Shown: positions 39,323 to 53,246 of the stretch, in pieces
Position numbering within the stretch: position 1 is the stretch's first letter
Layout of the letters: every line of letters starts with the position of its first letter
Source: the human T2T-CHM13v2.0 reference genome, Homo sapiens
Direction: 5' to 3' (one strand)
DNA: 64,000 nucleotides
NCBI RefSeq assembly: GCF_009914755.1
Contig: NC_060936.1
Notes under the pieces: generated by a model
Told to the model about the DNA's origin: nothing
Databases searched by the model: none
The model's input: the letters and a program-made list of their open reading frames with translations, nothing else
Position numbers and translations under genes: made by a program

Positions 39323-40190
39323 GGCCGGGCACTGTGGCTCACGCCTGTAATCCCAGCACTTTGGGAGGCTGAGGCGGGTGTAAGAATTAAAGAAAGAGGA
39401 GAGAAACGTGAAGGGTGGCTTGCCAGTTCACAAGGACAGGTTTATTTTAGGAAACAAATCTGAGAGGGACTTCTGGCCGAGTTAGGTCAGAGCCACACTC
39501 TCTTATACACTAAGAGTTGTTAAGGATTTAGGGTATGAGAGTTTATCAGAGGCTTGGACTGCTTCTGTGACTCTTTGTTGTGCTTATCTGAGAGGGAGAG
39601 TTGTGTGTCTGTTTCTATACATCTTTTTGCAGCTGCAGGCATACCCCCGAGTCTGCTTTTAGCTTCCCTATTTTAGCGTACCTGAAGGGAAAGGAATGTG
39701 CTTATTAAGGCCCACTGTTTTACTGGGGCCCATTGCATGAGGGTGAAGATTGGCAGTTACCCAAGGAACTTTCCCCCCACCTCCCTTTATGCCTGAGCTG
39801 TCTTATCTGTGTTTTACTCTCTGCTATTTCTGGCTGCTTATAGTTAGAAGAGAAGTGATTTCCTTGAAATGCATGAGGCTAGAAAGGGAGCTGGAACTTA
39901 AAGTGGTGGTGTTTGTCTGAGATGACGGTGCTGCTGCTGTCAGTGGGCAGATCACTTGAGGTCAGGAGTTTGAGACCAGCCTGGCCAACATGGTGAAACC
40001 CCATCTCTACTAAAAATACAAAAATTAGCCGGGTGTGATGGCGCGTACCTGTAATCAGCTACTTGGGAGGCTGAGGCAGGAGAATTGCTTGAACATGGGA
40101 GACGGAGGTTGTGGTGAGGCGAGATCGTGCCACTGCACTCCAGCCTGGGTGACAGAGCGAGACTCTGTCTCAAAAAAAAAAAAAAAAAAA
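39323..40190 (+). mobile_element. AluS split by an ERV LTR
   Basis: Alu 39323-39378 resumes at 39943-40190; TSD AAAAGGAGGTATG. Confidence 0.92.
39379..39942 (-). mobile_element. ERV1 solo LTR (MER61/LTR20-like)
   Basis: TG...CA termini, 564 bp, TSD GCGGG/GTGGG, minus-strand AATAAA near 39441-39446. Confidence 0.82.
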
Positions 40191-41574
40191 GGAGGTATGA
40201 AGCTATTTAGGATGTTTTATAGATAATCTTAAATATTTGGTGTGCTGTTGCTTAAAATGAGTGAATATATATAAAATGCCTAGTGCTGCGATGGGTTTAA
40301 GTACAATGTGTTACTTATATTTATTATTATAGTTTTATGCTGCTTCTAGGATTCAAAGGTCGAGGAATTAGAATAGAAAGGTGTTCCTTGGAGAAATAAA
40401 TTGTTCACAATTGGAAAAGGACAGGCACGGAGATAGTCACCAGGAAGTGGAACAAATCAAGAACCACCCATGTCTTTTACCACACAATAGCCATACCAGC
40501 TGGAGGAAGGACTGTAAGTACCATCTTTCCAGAAGTGCGCAGGTTATGGAATAGCTGCAGCATGAGAGGCTGTCACTGCTTCTCGCCTCAGTCACATTTG
40601 CAGCCTGAGACTCTCCTGACCACTGGAAAAACAAAACAAAACAAAAGGAACACAGGAAAAAAAGTTAAATTTCCCTTTTAAAAATAGAAAAAGTAAAACC
40701 AGCATTAGGTTTAGCAATTATCAGCAGTAACTGAATTTTAGGGAGAAAGGCAGTGAATTATAGCAATATGAAAAAGCACTCTTCATCCAAAATCAGATTT
40801 GTTAATTCTAATTTTTTATAAAGAAAGAAAGCAGTTATTTTTACAAAACAGTATAATTGAGATTGTGTATTACAAACTAAATTTTTATACCACGATTTTA
40901 TTGTTCTCTCATCCTGTTTGAGTTGTAAAGTCTTGTTTTTCAGTGGAGTTTATAGTCTTTAATTAAAGCTGGTGGAACTTACTTTATAAATGTAAATGTT
41001 TATCAGTTGCTGGGGAAAGCTTACTAGGATTCAGCAAAACCATTAATATACAAAGCACTACCATCCACCTAGTGGTAAAAATCCAAATTGCAAGCATTGC
41101 GTCTAAGTTGAGAGGCTCCAAACCGCGTTTGAGGAGTCCGCCAGATTTCAGCCTACCTAACCACAGGGGCCACGTGTGGTCATCTGCGGCTCTCATTCCT
41201 TTTGGGGGGTTCAGTGCACCCAGAGACACATGGGCTGCTCATGCACTGCTTTTGAGGCTGGAGTTAATGCACTCCTGAAAAAGCACACTCTTCACTCTCT
41301 TCTTAATTCCTTAATACATGTTAGACCTCTCTGTATGTGGGAGAAAAATAGCTAATACTCTAATTATTATAACTATATTCAAAATTATGTAGTAAATACT
41401 TTCTCAAGTTTGTGAATAGAATGGAAGAAATGAAATAAGTATTTAAAAGGTCTGTTACTACTGATAAGAGCTTATCTAAATTGAAGTGACAAAGACCATA
41501 GTAAAAATGATGACTAGGAGGAGGCTCAGAGAATGTTCTACACTGTTTAAATTCTTATTGCTTTCCCTTGAGAG

Positions 41575-41750
41575 GCAGTGTAATATAATGGAAAAGCACT
41601 GGCAATGAACAAACTTGGTTGTGGGGCTTTGGGAAGCCCTCTGAGCCTCAGTTTCTTTACTTTTAAAATGGGGCGATAACTTGGAACACATACTATCATG
41701 AGATTAAATAATATACGAAAAGTAATTAATACCATGTGATCACAGAGCCT
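41575..41750 (+). mobile_element. MIR
   Basis: ctctgagcctcagtttctttacttttaaaatgggg..tgagattaaat. Confidence 0.72.
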
Positions 41751-42566
41751 GGTTTACGGAGTAGAGGCAAAAGTCATAAGTTTTTCCTTAGTTTCTGTAT
41801 ATTTGTGAGGCGTTCAGCACCTCCAGCAACACAGTATCCTCCAACACCACCTGGGCTCATGAGCTCAGCATTGAGTCAGAGGAAAGGAGGTCTCTTTCTG
41901 ATTCATGGTTCCACTTCCTGAGGTTCCTTAGTCATCTGAACTGGTCCAGACGAGGCTGCCCCTACTGAGAAATGTTCATGTTCTGTTTTGAGTCAGGTTA
42001 CATTATTTACTGATAGTCTTGCCTGGATGTAAATGGTGTTTGTGTATTGGTTCACGATGTGGCCAAGGTAACACATACGTTCTTCCGAAGCTGGCTTTCA
42101 TTTTTTTGGAGAAAGTTATGAATAGCCGCAGAGAACTGGAAACTGTCTTTCAGCTTGGTGGAACAGCGGAAGTCGGCAATAGGTGGAGTGGAAGCTGACT
42201 AACTTGCAGGGTAACCTCTGGGGAGGGTTACATAACCTCTGGGTTTGCCACCTGTACTGCGAAAGCCATGAACTGAGGGTTGCTCCCCTGCTCCTGGTGA
42301 GGGGTAACTGAAAGAGTGGTTTCCACCCACTCTTATGAAACATTAGCATTTCAATCACAGTGATTGCCACATTTATGGCTGTTAGCACTATATGACTATG
42401 GTGGTAAATAATTTGATTTATGTGAATTTAGCTTTATGATTTGAATGAAAAGAATACAGACTCACAAGAGTTAGAATTACTGGTTTCTTCTTTTTTTTTT
42501 AAAGGTACACAATACTGTCCCTCTACTTATTAAATAATACATGCTTAAGGCAGAATATTTGATATA

Positions 42567-43129
42567 CAGATGCTCTTCAAGTTACAACAAGGTTACGTCC
42601 CAATAAGCCCATCATAAGTTGAAAATATTGTAAATCAAAAATACATTTAACACACCTCACCTACTGAGCATCATAGCTTAGCCTGGAACACTTACATTAA
42701 ATATGCCCAGAACACTTACATTAGCCTACAGTTGGGCAAAATCATCTAACACAAAGCCTATTTTATAATAAAGTGTGGAATATCTCATGTAATTTATTAA
42801 ATTCTGTACCAGAAGCAGGAGACATAGATGGCCATTTTGTGGACAAGATGGCATGTGAAAACACAAAACATGGTATCCAAAAAATGCTGGCAACACAGCG
42901 CCCTGCAGAGACTCAGTTTTTGATCTTCGTGGTCGTGTGGCTGACTGGGAGCTGTGGCTCACTGCGCCTGCCCAGCATCGTGAGAGAGTGTGGTACCACA
43001 TATCACTAAACTTGGAAAAGATCAAAATACAGCACTTGAAATAGGGTTTCTACTGAATGTGTATGGCTTTCATACCATTGTAAAGATGAAAAATCATAAG
43101 TCGAACCATCCTAAGTTGGGGACTGTCTG
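42567..43129. mobile_element. MER47/Tigger5-type non-autonomous DNA transposon
   Basis: TA|CAGATGCTCTTCAAGTTAC ... TAAGTTGGGGACTGTCTG|TA terminal inverted repeats and TA TSD. Confidence 0.82.
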
Positions 43130-43159
43130 TACATGGCATAATGAAAACAGTCACTCACA

Positions 43160-43265
43160 ATCAGGCTATACATCCTAGTGCTCCTAGGACAGTCTCAGTC
43201 CAAGTAGTGCCCCCTTTCGCTCTCAAGAGTGTCCCAGTTTGAATGATAGTTTATGTAGTCACTCT
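43160..43265. mobile_element. MER94-like hAT fragment
   Basis: cctaggacagtc..cccctttcgctctcaagagtgtcccagtttgaatgata..gtcactct. Confidence 0.55.
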
Positions 43266-45081
43266 GCTACCATAGTGTCCCTAGACTGCCTCACAGAGGT
43301 AACTGCTATGCACGTGTTGGCCAATGGTTATAAAATCCATTTTCCAACAATAAGGTCATAGCAGAGTGAGGAAGCTCCTACACTGGGGAGCCCCATAAAC
43401 CAGGTTCTGGAGTTTGACTGGGTCACTTACTAACTCTGTGACTTTAAGCAAATGATTTTCTTAAAAAGATGCAATTATTTCCTTGTCACATCTTGTCAAA
43501 TGCATCAAAATAATATATGCTTATGATAAATTCTAACAGTATAAAAAGGTACAAGCTGCTGCCCGCTGCACCCCTCCCCTACTTCCCAGAAGTAATCATC
43601 TTCTATTAGGCTAGTTATTTTACCTCTTTGCTCCTCCTTCTCTCAACTGAAAGATGGGGATTATAACACTCCTCACATAGCCTCATCTATACTCACCTTA
43701 TGTGCCCGGCACAGGTCCTGAGGTATAGTCAATGCTAAAAAAATGCTTATTAAATTAAGATTACTGGCATGTTCTTTAGTAGCCTGCTTCTTTTCACTTA
43801 GCAAGTATACAGAATGGTTTCTTAACCTCATTTGTAATAAACAAAAATCCCCCAGTAAATATGGAAATGTGAATTTTCTGAGGGGCCTCTATTCAAATGT
43901 TCTTAAGCAAATATTACCAGGTTCAATAAGCATAGAAATGGAACCATCATCCCCCTGCTAGAAGCTGGTCCTTCCAGGTGGGGCTTGGGGCAGTCTGGGT
44001 GTGTGGGAGGCAGTGGGGTGGAACATTTGCACTGCTGTTTGTGGTGTACCTGTTCAGTCATAAACAGAGGGCTTTAGTTTCCATCTGGCTCCCTGCACTG
44101 GCACTAAAGTAACATTGAAAAGAAAAAGAGAGTAATGAAAAAGACATCTAAACTGCTGCTGGGTAGGGTCAAAAAAAAAAAAAAATGTGGTCCAACGACC
44201 CCAGGTTCTAATGTGGTCAGAATGAGGCAGGAGACGACGATTTCTGAAATACAAGAAGCCAAGGAGATGTATTTTGACCATGAAGAAGATTAGTTCTTGT
44301 CAATTCTCGGTATGATGAGTGCTACTCACTCTGTAGTCAAAACAACCCGCTGAAACGGAGGATTGCTGACAAGAACGTCCTCCCTTTCCTGTCGCTTTAT
44401 TTAGTTCCAGTCAGTTCCAGCTTGTTTTGTCACAGTCAGAGGCGAGGGAGATGCCTCAGTTATCCTCAATATCGTGGAAACTTTGGTTCACAGAATTCAC
44501 TCTTTTTAGGTTCTTCCAGCCCTCTGTCTCTGCCGTCCCGGTCTCCACCCTGGCTGTTGTACTGGGCTTGAAAACTCTTTCCTAAGTTGGGGATCCAGGA
44601 GTTGAGCTATGGTCACTCGAAGGCCCATCTCAGTTTTCACTGAATCCTATGCCTTTTTAGGCTCTTTGAAGTGGATTAAAATCCACTCCCCGCCTTACTC
44701 CCAGGTGGGAGCATGCAAAACAATAACCTCTAGCATTTCCCCCAGTTACAGAGCTGTTCTGGCACCAAACATGTATCAAAAGGAGATCACTCAAAAGACA
44801 TTCTTGGCATGCTGTGAAAAGCAAAAGATTTACCTCCCTGACCACTAATAGGTTATAGGTTTGTGTTCCTTTCTCCAGGGATGACACCTTGACTCTTGAA
44901 AACATTTTCTGTATATCATATATAGTGTGACATGCGGCAAACAAGTCTTAATTATCACACTCCAGGTCTGTTATTAAAAATCATCTTAAGATAATAAATA
45001 TATGTACTTTTAACCACATAGACATTTGTTGTTTTTAACCATATTAATGCCACACTTTAACATTTTTCCGTATTAGTTATC

Positions 45082-45549
45082 TGTATTTGTTATCTATTTC
45101 TATGTAACAAATTACCCCAAAACTTATCAGTTTAATAAACAGATATTTATTATTCATATACTTTCTGAGGGTCAGGAATCCAGGCGCAACTTCACTGGGT
45201 GATTTTGGCTCTGTTGCTTGTGTGGGTTCAGTCAAGATGTAGGCTGGGGCTGCCGTCGTCTGAAAACTTGGCTGGGCTGGTGAGTCCACCCCTGAGCTCA
45301 TGCACGTGGCTGTTGGCTGGGGGCTTCAGTTTTCCACCCTGTGGGCCTTTTCATAGAGCTGCTCATGACATGGCAGTTGGCTTCCTCCAGAATGAGTGAC
45401 CCAAGAGTGAGGACAAGACAGAAGCCACAGTGATAGAACACGACTTCCACTCTATTCTTTTGGTCACGTAGACCAATTCTGGTACAAGATAGAAGAAGAC
45501 TATCTGAGGGTGTAAATTATAGGTGCCACCTTGGAGGTTGGTGATCACA
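45082..45549 (-). mobile_element. MLT1 (G/H-like) LTR
   Basis: tgtatttgttatctatttctatgtaacaaattaccccaaaactta...ccaccttggaggttggtgatcaca. Confidence 0.82.
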
Positions 45550-46053
45550 GTCCATCTTTTGGGTTCTTATGATTTATATCCCTTCCATAGGCAAAATACT
45601 CTTAACTCCTCATAAGTTCCCCAAAAGTCTCATCCCATTAGAGCATAAACCTGAGGTCTAGATTATTGTCATATATTCAGGCCTGGGTGCAGATGAGGCT
45701 TGTCAGGTGTAATTCCATATGGACAGTTCCTTGAGTACCATTTCTTTCTATCCATACACCTGTGGGCTGCAAAGACAAGTTATTTGTCCCCCACACTCAA
45801 CATACAGGCTTAGCTAGACATTGGATAACCACTATTGATATTCCTGCCCAAAGATGGGCAGAGTGGGAAGCACACAACGATCACTAGCAGGTCTGAAATC
45901 CAGTTGGGCAAACTCAGAAGCTCCTTGATTGGGTCTCAGTCACACTCCTGAGTAGCAGTTATTCTATTCACTCCTGGCTCTGCTTTCTGGACTCTTGATT
46001 CTCTCTGAGTCATCCTTTTTTCAAGAAAACATCATGTGTTTGTGGCTGAGTAG

Positions 46054-46806
<753 letters not shown>

Positions 46807-47183
46807 TAAGTCTTCTGTGAATCCTACTGGAGTTTACTCCAGTAGATAAAAAGGCATAGATCTCTTCAAGAGAAGCCTTTTTTCTTTTTAATTTAAAAAC
46901 TATAAATTTCTTTGGATGGACAATGTCCTCCACTTCTTAAAAGTTCTATTGTTTAAATGAATAAATCTGTGACTCAAACCCTTTAAATCTTTAGTGGGTC
47001 TTTGGTGTGAAGCATAATGTCTTCCTTGCAGTGTCCCAGTTTGATTTTTGCTTGCAAGCTCTTTCTAAAATTTATCAGCATTTGTCATCTGAAAGGGCTG
47101 AGAATTTTCAAAGCCATTGTATTTAGTGGTTTTAATGGTTTTCAGCTTGTTCAATTTAACAGTCTTTTATATATCAGTCTTTA

Positions 47184-47786
<603 letters not shown>

Positions 47787-47989
47787 TAAATCCTCTCCAA
47801 CAGCCAAAGTCCAGAATTATATAAGAAGTGCATTCAAATGCATTTAATATTTCACTAATACTCTTAAAATCATTACAGCTTGTCTAGTTTCTGCTCAGTG
47901 CTCAGTTCTAAAGCTATTCCCACATTTTAGGTTTTTGTTATGGTATGCCACTTACAAGAACCAAAATCTTTACAATTCCTCCAGATGAA

Positions 47990-48830
47990 CATCTTTATTA
48001 CCAATTTATTCCCAATTCCACATAGGGAAATGGAGGTGCAGAGGGCTTGTGACTCAGGGTCACACAGTCACTATGTGGAAGAATGATGACTCAAGTCTGA
48101 GAATGCTGGACTCAAAGGGCCTCTTCTTTTCAGGATACCTACCATACTGTCTCTGGAGGGGTAAAGGCAAATGGAATCTATTCACAGTTTGGAATTGCTG
48201 AAGTCTTGGCAGGAACATTCAATCAACGCAATTCTAGATGACACCATTTACGTTGTATTCTATTGCTTTGTATTGTCCGGTGCAGAGGTCCTGAGTCTTT
48301 AGATGCCCCCATTTTATAAATAAAGAAATTGAGATTTCTCAGGATCACACAGCTAGGAAGTGTTAGAGTCAGGGTTTAAACAAGTTCCAACTGACTCCAA
48401 AATACTTTATCTTCCAAGTGTTCAGGCACACATAGCACATCTTATTCATTGACATTTGGATGGATGTAAAAGGCATTATGTTTACTGAGGAGGGAGAGAA
48501 TGGGGCAAACTTATGGCCTTAAATTCTCTGTACTCAGGGTTCCTCGTGTATAAAAGAGAAAAGGCAGGTTTCTCACAGGGCTGTTGTCATGATTGAATGA
48601 GGCAATGCATGTAAAGTTTAGCAGTGCCTGACCTCTGATAAGCTTCCTATAAACGTCCTCACATAGTCAGTGCGTAGGAGATTTGCATTCTAGCTCTAGT
48701 GCTGGCTGGTTACCTGAATTATTCAAGGCTCTGCTTCAGATCTGCATCAAAACAAAGATGAAAATTATCCATCCTGGATGTCACTAAGATCTGATGAGAA
48801 AAAATGAAACGGGTTCCATGACAAGCATTG
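47990..48830. mobile_element. Cluster of MIR fragments in both orientations
   Basis: MIR cores near 48010, 48310, 48535 and 48730. Confidence 0.6.
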
Positions 48831-51800
48831 AGGTCCTCAGCAGAAAGTTGTTCCAGAAGTCTGGCGCTTCTATATCACCATCTCAGAGGGTATGAAAGAG
48901 CCTCATTCTGAGTCTGTAATGCCCCTTTGGCTCCAGCCAGGAGCCCACGCTTCATTAAAAACTGTGAGCTGTGCCAATCTGTCTGGGGCTTTATGGGGTA
49001 CATGAAAGGGGGCCTCAGAAGAGACTATCGGCTCCACCCTGGCTCAGGCTGCTGTTTGCCCCCAGACTCATGTGGTGATGAGATGAGAGCACCCGCTCAC
49101 CCACTTCGCTTTAGGCTGGGCTGCTCTCAAGGGCCAGGGCATTGATCTTGCCCCCAAGGCTTGGAATGTGGTTCCAGCCTTATCCCCAGGCCTCTTGAGG
49201 CTCCACAGTTGGCCTCACACTTTCACAGGTTTATTCTTGGTGGCAACGGGTCTCACAAGGTAGGAAAGTATGAATTTGGAGCTTTGTGGTCATTTTTATG
49301 TAACAATGTTTTAATACATAAGATGTTAGAGTCAAGCTTTCTATGCTTTCCAAACGGTGTCTGTATTTTGATTTTTAATGTGCTCCTGAACAAGGCTGTC
49401 TGCCAGCACAGGCCAAATCTGGTTAAGAAGGGCTCCTGTACCTGGAAGGGGTCCCTGGAGAAAGCACTTCAAGTCGTTTATCCAGCGCTGGCTGCTTTCG
49501 TTCTTGGCTTGGAGACTGTCAGCTTTCCACCAGACCTGCCGCATAGTAGAGCACATCCTCTTGGAGAGGGCGAGAGAGCCAAGGAGGGAGCAGGTTGAAG
49601 GAATGATGGCTATAAAGCAGATGTTATTAGTGGGCATTGGGTGAGGTTGGGAGGCTGAGTACAGTAGCTTTATTTCAGCCTCCAAGGTGGGCCACAAGAC
49701 TGTGGTCTAGAAGGAAAGCTGTTCCCATTTGGCCGAGCCTGGCATCCTGAGAATCCCCAGGCGAAGAAACACTTCTGCCTGGTGTGTAAATTCAGAGCTT
49801 GGGTCTGGAAGGAGTGATGTTGATGAAATGCAACATTTGGGGCGCAGCCTTGAAAGCTGTCAAAATGACACCAGTGGAGACCTAGGAGCAGGGAGTTTAA
49901 ATGTCTCACGACCACCCAGTTTTCATTTTGATTTGATTATTCTTAAAGTAAAAAAAAAGTTTTTTAAAAGATTTCGAAAAAAAAGATGAGAGATAATCAG
50001 AAGGGCAGCAGGGTGCAAATTGGGTTGCCATCATGAAGTGGCTTAACTGTGTGAGTCATACATGTTGCTAGGTCTGGTGACGAGAAGCTCCTATCCTAAT
50101 TTAGCTTAGGGTATATGCCCCACATTTGATATATGGAAGGTCAGGCCACCTTCCTGTCACTTTGATTTCTTCACTCTGAAAGGTGGCCTGGGTCTGTTCT
50201 GTGTCCTTCCGCCTGCCGCCCTCTTGGTGTCTATAGAATCTCTCTTGGCATAGGGAGAAGGAGCCGGACTACCCACTGAATAGCTAAACACTTACCTAGC
50301 ATTTCTGTTTGGATTTCTTAATTTTTTTCGCTCAGAGAATTGACATAAAAATAATTTTTTGACTCTGAATTTCATCTGGCTTTAGGTAAGATTACACCAT
50401 TTCACTGGGGCGGCAAGAGGGGTCTGTAGTAGCTCTCAGTACTTTCTGACCAACCTCTTGGGTTAAAGCCTTCCCTGATACTTCACCTTGCCCTGGTCTC
50501 CCTCCCATTCTTCTTCCTCGAGTTCCTTAGGAAAGTCCTAGGAAAGTGCTCTGCTGATTATTGCTAGAATTGGAATCAGACAATGACAGGGAATGAAATA
50601 TGCCAAGACCATACTTAACCTTGCTGAGTTCTGTTTGAGCATTTCAAACTCACATTCTATGACTGTATGTGTGTATCATGAACAACAGAATGAGGATCCT
50701 TAGGGAGATTTACGCATAGTGCTGCATAGAATACACCATAGTTGGAAATGTTGTACCCCATGGATTTGTCTGTTGTGCAAAAATTACCTTTTCAAAAATT
50801 ATATTTATAATTTTGGGGTCACCCTTCTTGACCTTATGGAAATCAGGACCAGTTCTTGAGGCTCCTTTTTATCTTTAAGGCTGGTATACAGAAGTGCTGT
50901 CTGTGTTGTGGTATCAGTCATTAGGCCGTCCTGGATATTTAATCTGGAGAGAGCTAAAACGGAGTATTTCCCACTTTCCTTACCTCCTCAAGAAGTCCAC
51001 TGCCATTGGATGCCAAAGCCCAAATGTATAAAACAGAAAGCACTGACACAGCCTGGAAGCTTTGGGCACATCCATGAGAAGCATTTTTAACCTCCCAGAC
51101 TTGAAATGTGTAGTGCCAAACCATTAATTCACTGCTCTGCACATTCATTCACAGTGTTCTAATTTGGCTTCTCTTTTTTGTGGTGATTAGTGAAGCAGTC
51201 TCATTAACTTCACGGTTGTGTTGGTTCAAAGTAAGGAGTGGGCAGTTGACCTTCGAAATAGAAATAGAGTGGAGATTAACCTGGTATAAATGGGGTTGAG
51301 GTTTAATGTAGAGAGAAGCATTGAACTAAGAAGGAGATAAAGCTGGGCTCAGGGAAATATCTGAAACCTGGGAGGGATGCTCTCTGACCTCTTCACCCCA
51401 CCTTTCTGCACTCTTTCTCTCCCACTGTGTGCAGGGCTGGGCTCCTCCCCAGTGTTCTCATGCTTCCTGTCCTGCCTTCCTCCGAAACCAAGTCCGCAAT
51501 AAGATAACAATGACTGGAATATGCCTTCCTTCCCAGGGAGTCCATAGGTGTAAAGAGTATTAAGGACGGAGGACAATGCTTAACTCCAAAAGCAAATGCC
51601 TAATGATGAACCTGGATTCCTGTAACATTTAATTGCAATAGGTGCGTTGAAGGGCAGACTTTATAGTGACCCCTACAATCAACTGGGGAATTGTACCCCA
51701 GATAGTGTCACATATTCTATTTTTCAGTGTGACATAAAGGTAGACAATAGGTTGACAGTTCCCACTATTTAACCCATTAGAAATTGAAAAGCAGAGAGGT

Positions 51801-51840
51801 TAGAGAGACTAAGAGGAGACACTAGAAACCATCACTGCTT

Positions 51841-52035
51841 TTTCTTTTAAACTTTTATTTTAGGCTCAGGGGTACATGTGAAAGTTTGTTACATGGGTAA
51901 ACATGTGTCACAGGGGCTTGTTGTATAGATAATTTTATCACCCAGCTATTAAGCCCATAGTTATCTTTTCTGCTCCTCTCCCTCCTCCCGCTCTTCACCC
52001 TCAATAGACCCCAGTGTCTGTTGTCTTCTTCTTTG
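51841..52035 (-). mobile_element. L1PA (older) 3' end, 5'-truncated
   Basis: acttttattttaggctcaggggtacatgtgaaagtttgttacatgggtaaac. Confidence 0.87.
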
Positions 52036-52044
52036 CATCATTGC

Positions 52045-52351
<307 letters not shown>

Positions 52352-52888
52352 TAAAAGCTAATTTCTTTCTATTGTGTAGCCTCGATGCATAGGAAGGAGA
52401 TCTCTTAGACTCTCATAAATGAAGGTTTTAAGTACTGTGTTGGCAACTTAGTATTAAGTAATCACTGGCAAAACCACCTCTCTACACTGCCACTGTGGGT
52501 ACATAAATTGTGAATTATTGCCTTCCCTAAGGAATTATGATCAGGCAATAACCATACATTTATTTCTGTATATTTAATCTGTATATTCTGAGAATATCTG
52601 ATTATATTGGATATTATACAGTTTGTATCTGTACAAACTGACATTTATAAATTAGCTTTTGAAAAGTTATTGTATTAGGGATAAAGATGAATTGTTCAAA
52701 CATATATATATTTAAATGTACTGAAAGCCGGTATACAGAACTCTTTCGGATTTTCTTTCTACTAGGGATTGCGTTATCAATTTTCACTATTCCAGTAATC
52801 TGCATACTGTACTATTTTTAAGTATCAAATAATCACATATTATTTGATGATATGGTAATGTTATTTTTTATTGTAAAATGGTGGAGTC

Positions 52889-53229
<341 letters not shown>

Positions 53230-53246
53230 GAAGTCCCACTCAGTTA

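Noticed and set aside
49161-49697. Overlapping 145-aa and 118-aa ORFs in unique DNA
   Set aside because: No domain resemblance, no clear start or splice context, and lengths compatible with chance
52400-52880. AT-rich stretch with a peptide (ELFRIFFLLGIALSIFTIPV) faintly like a hAT dimerisation domain
   Set aside because: Too degenerate to call without an HMM search
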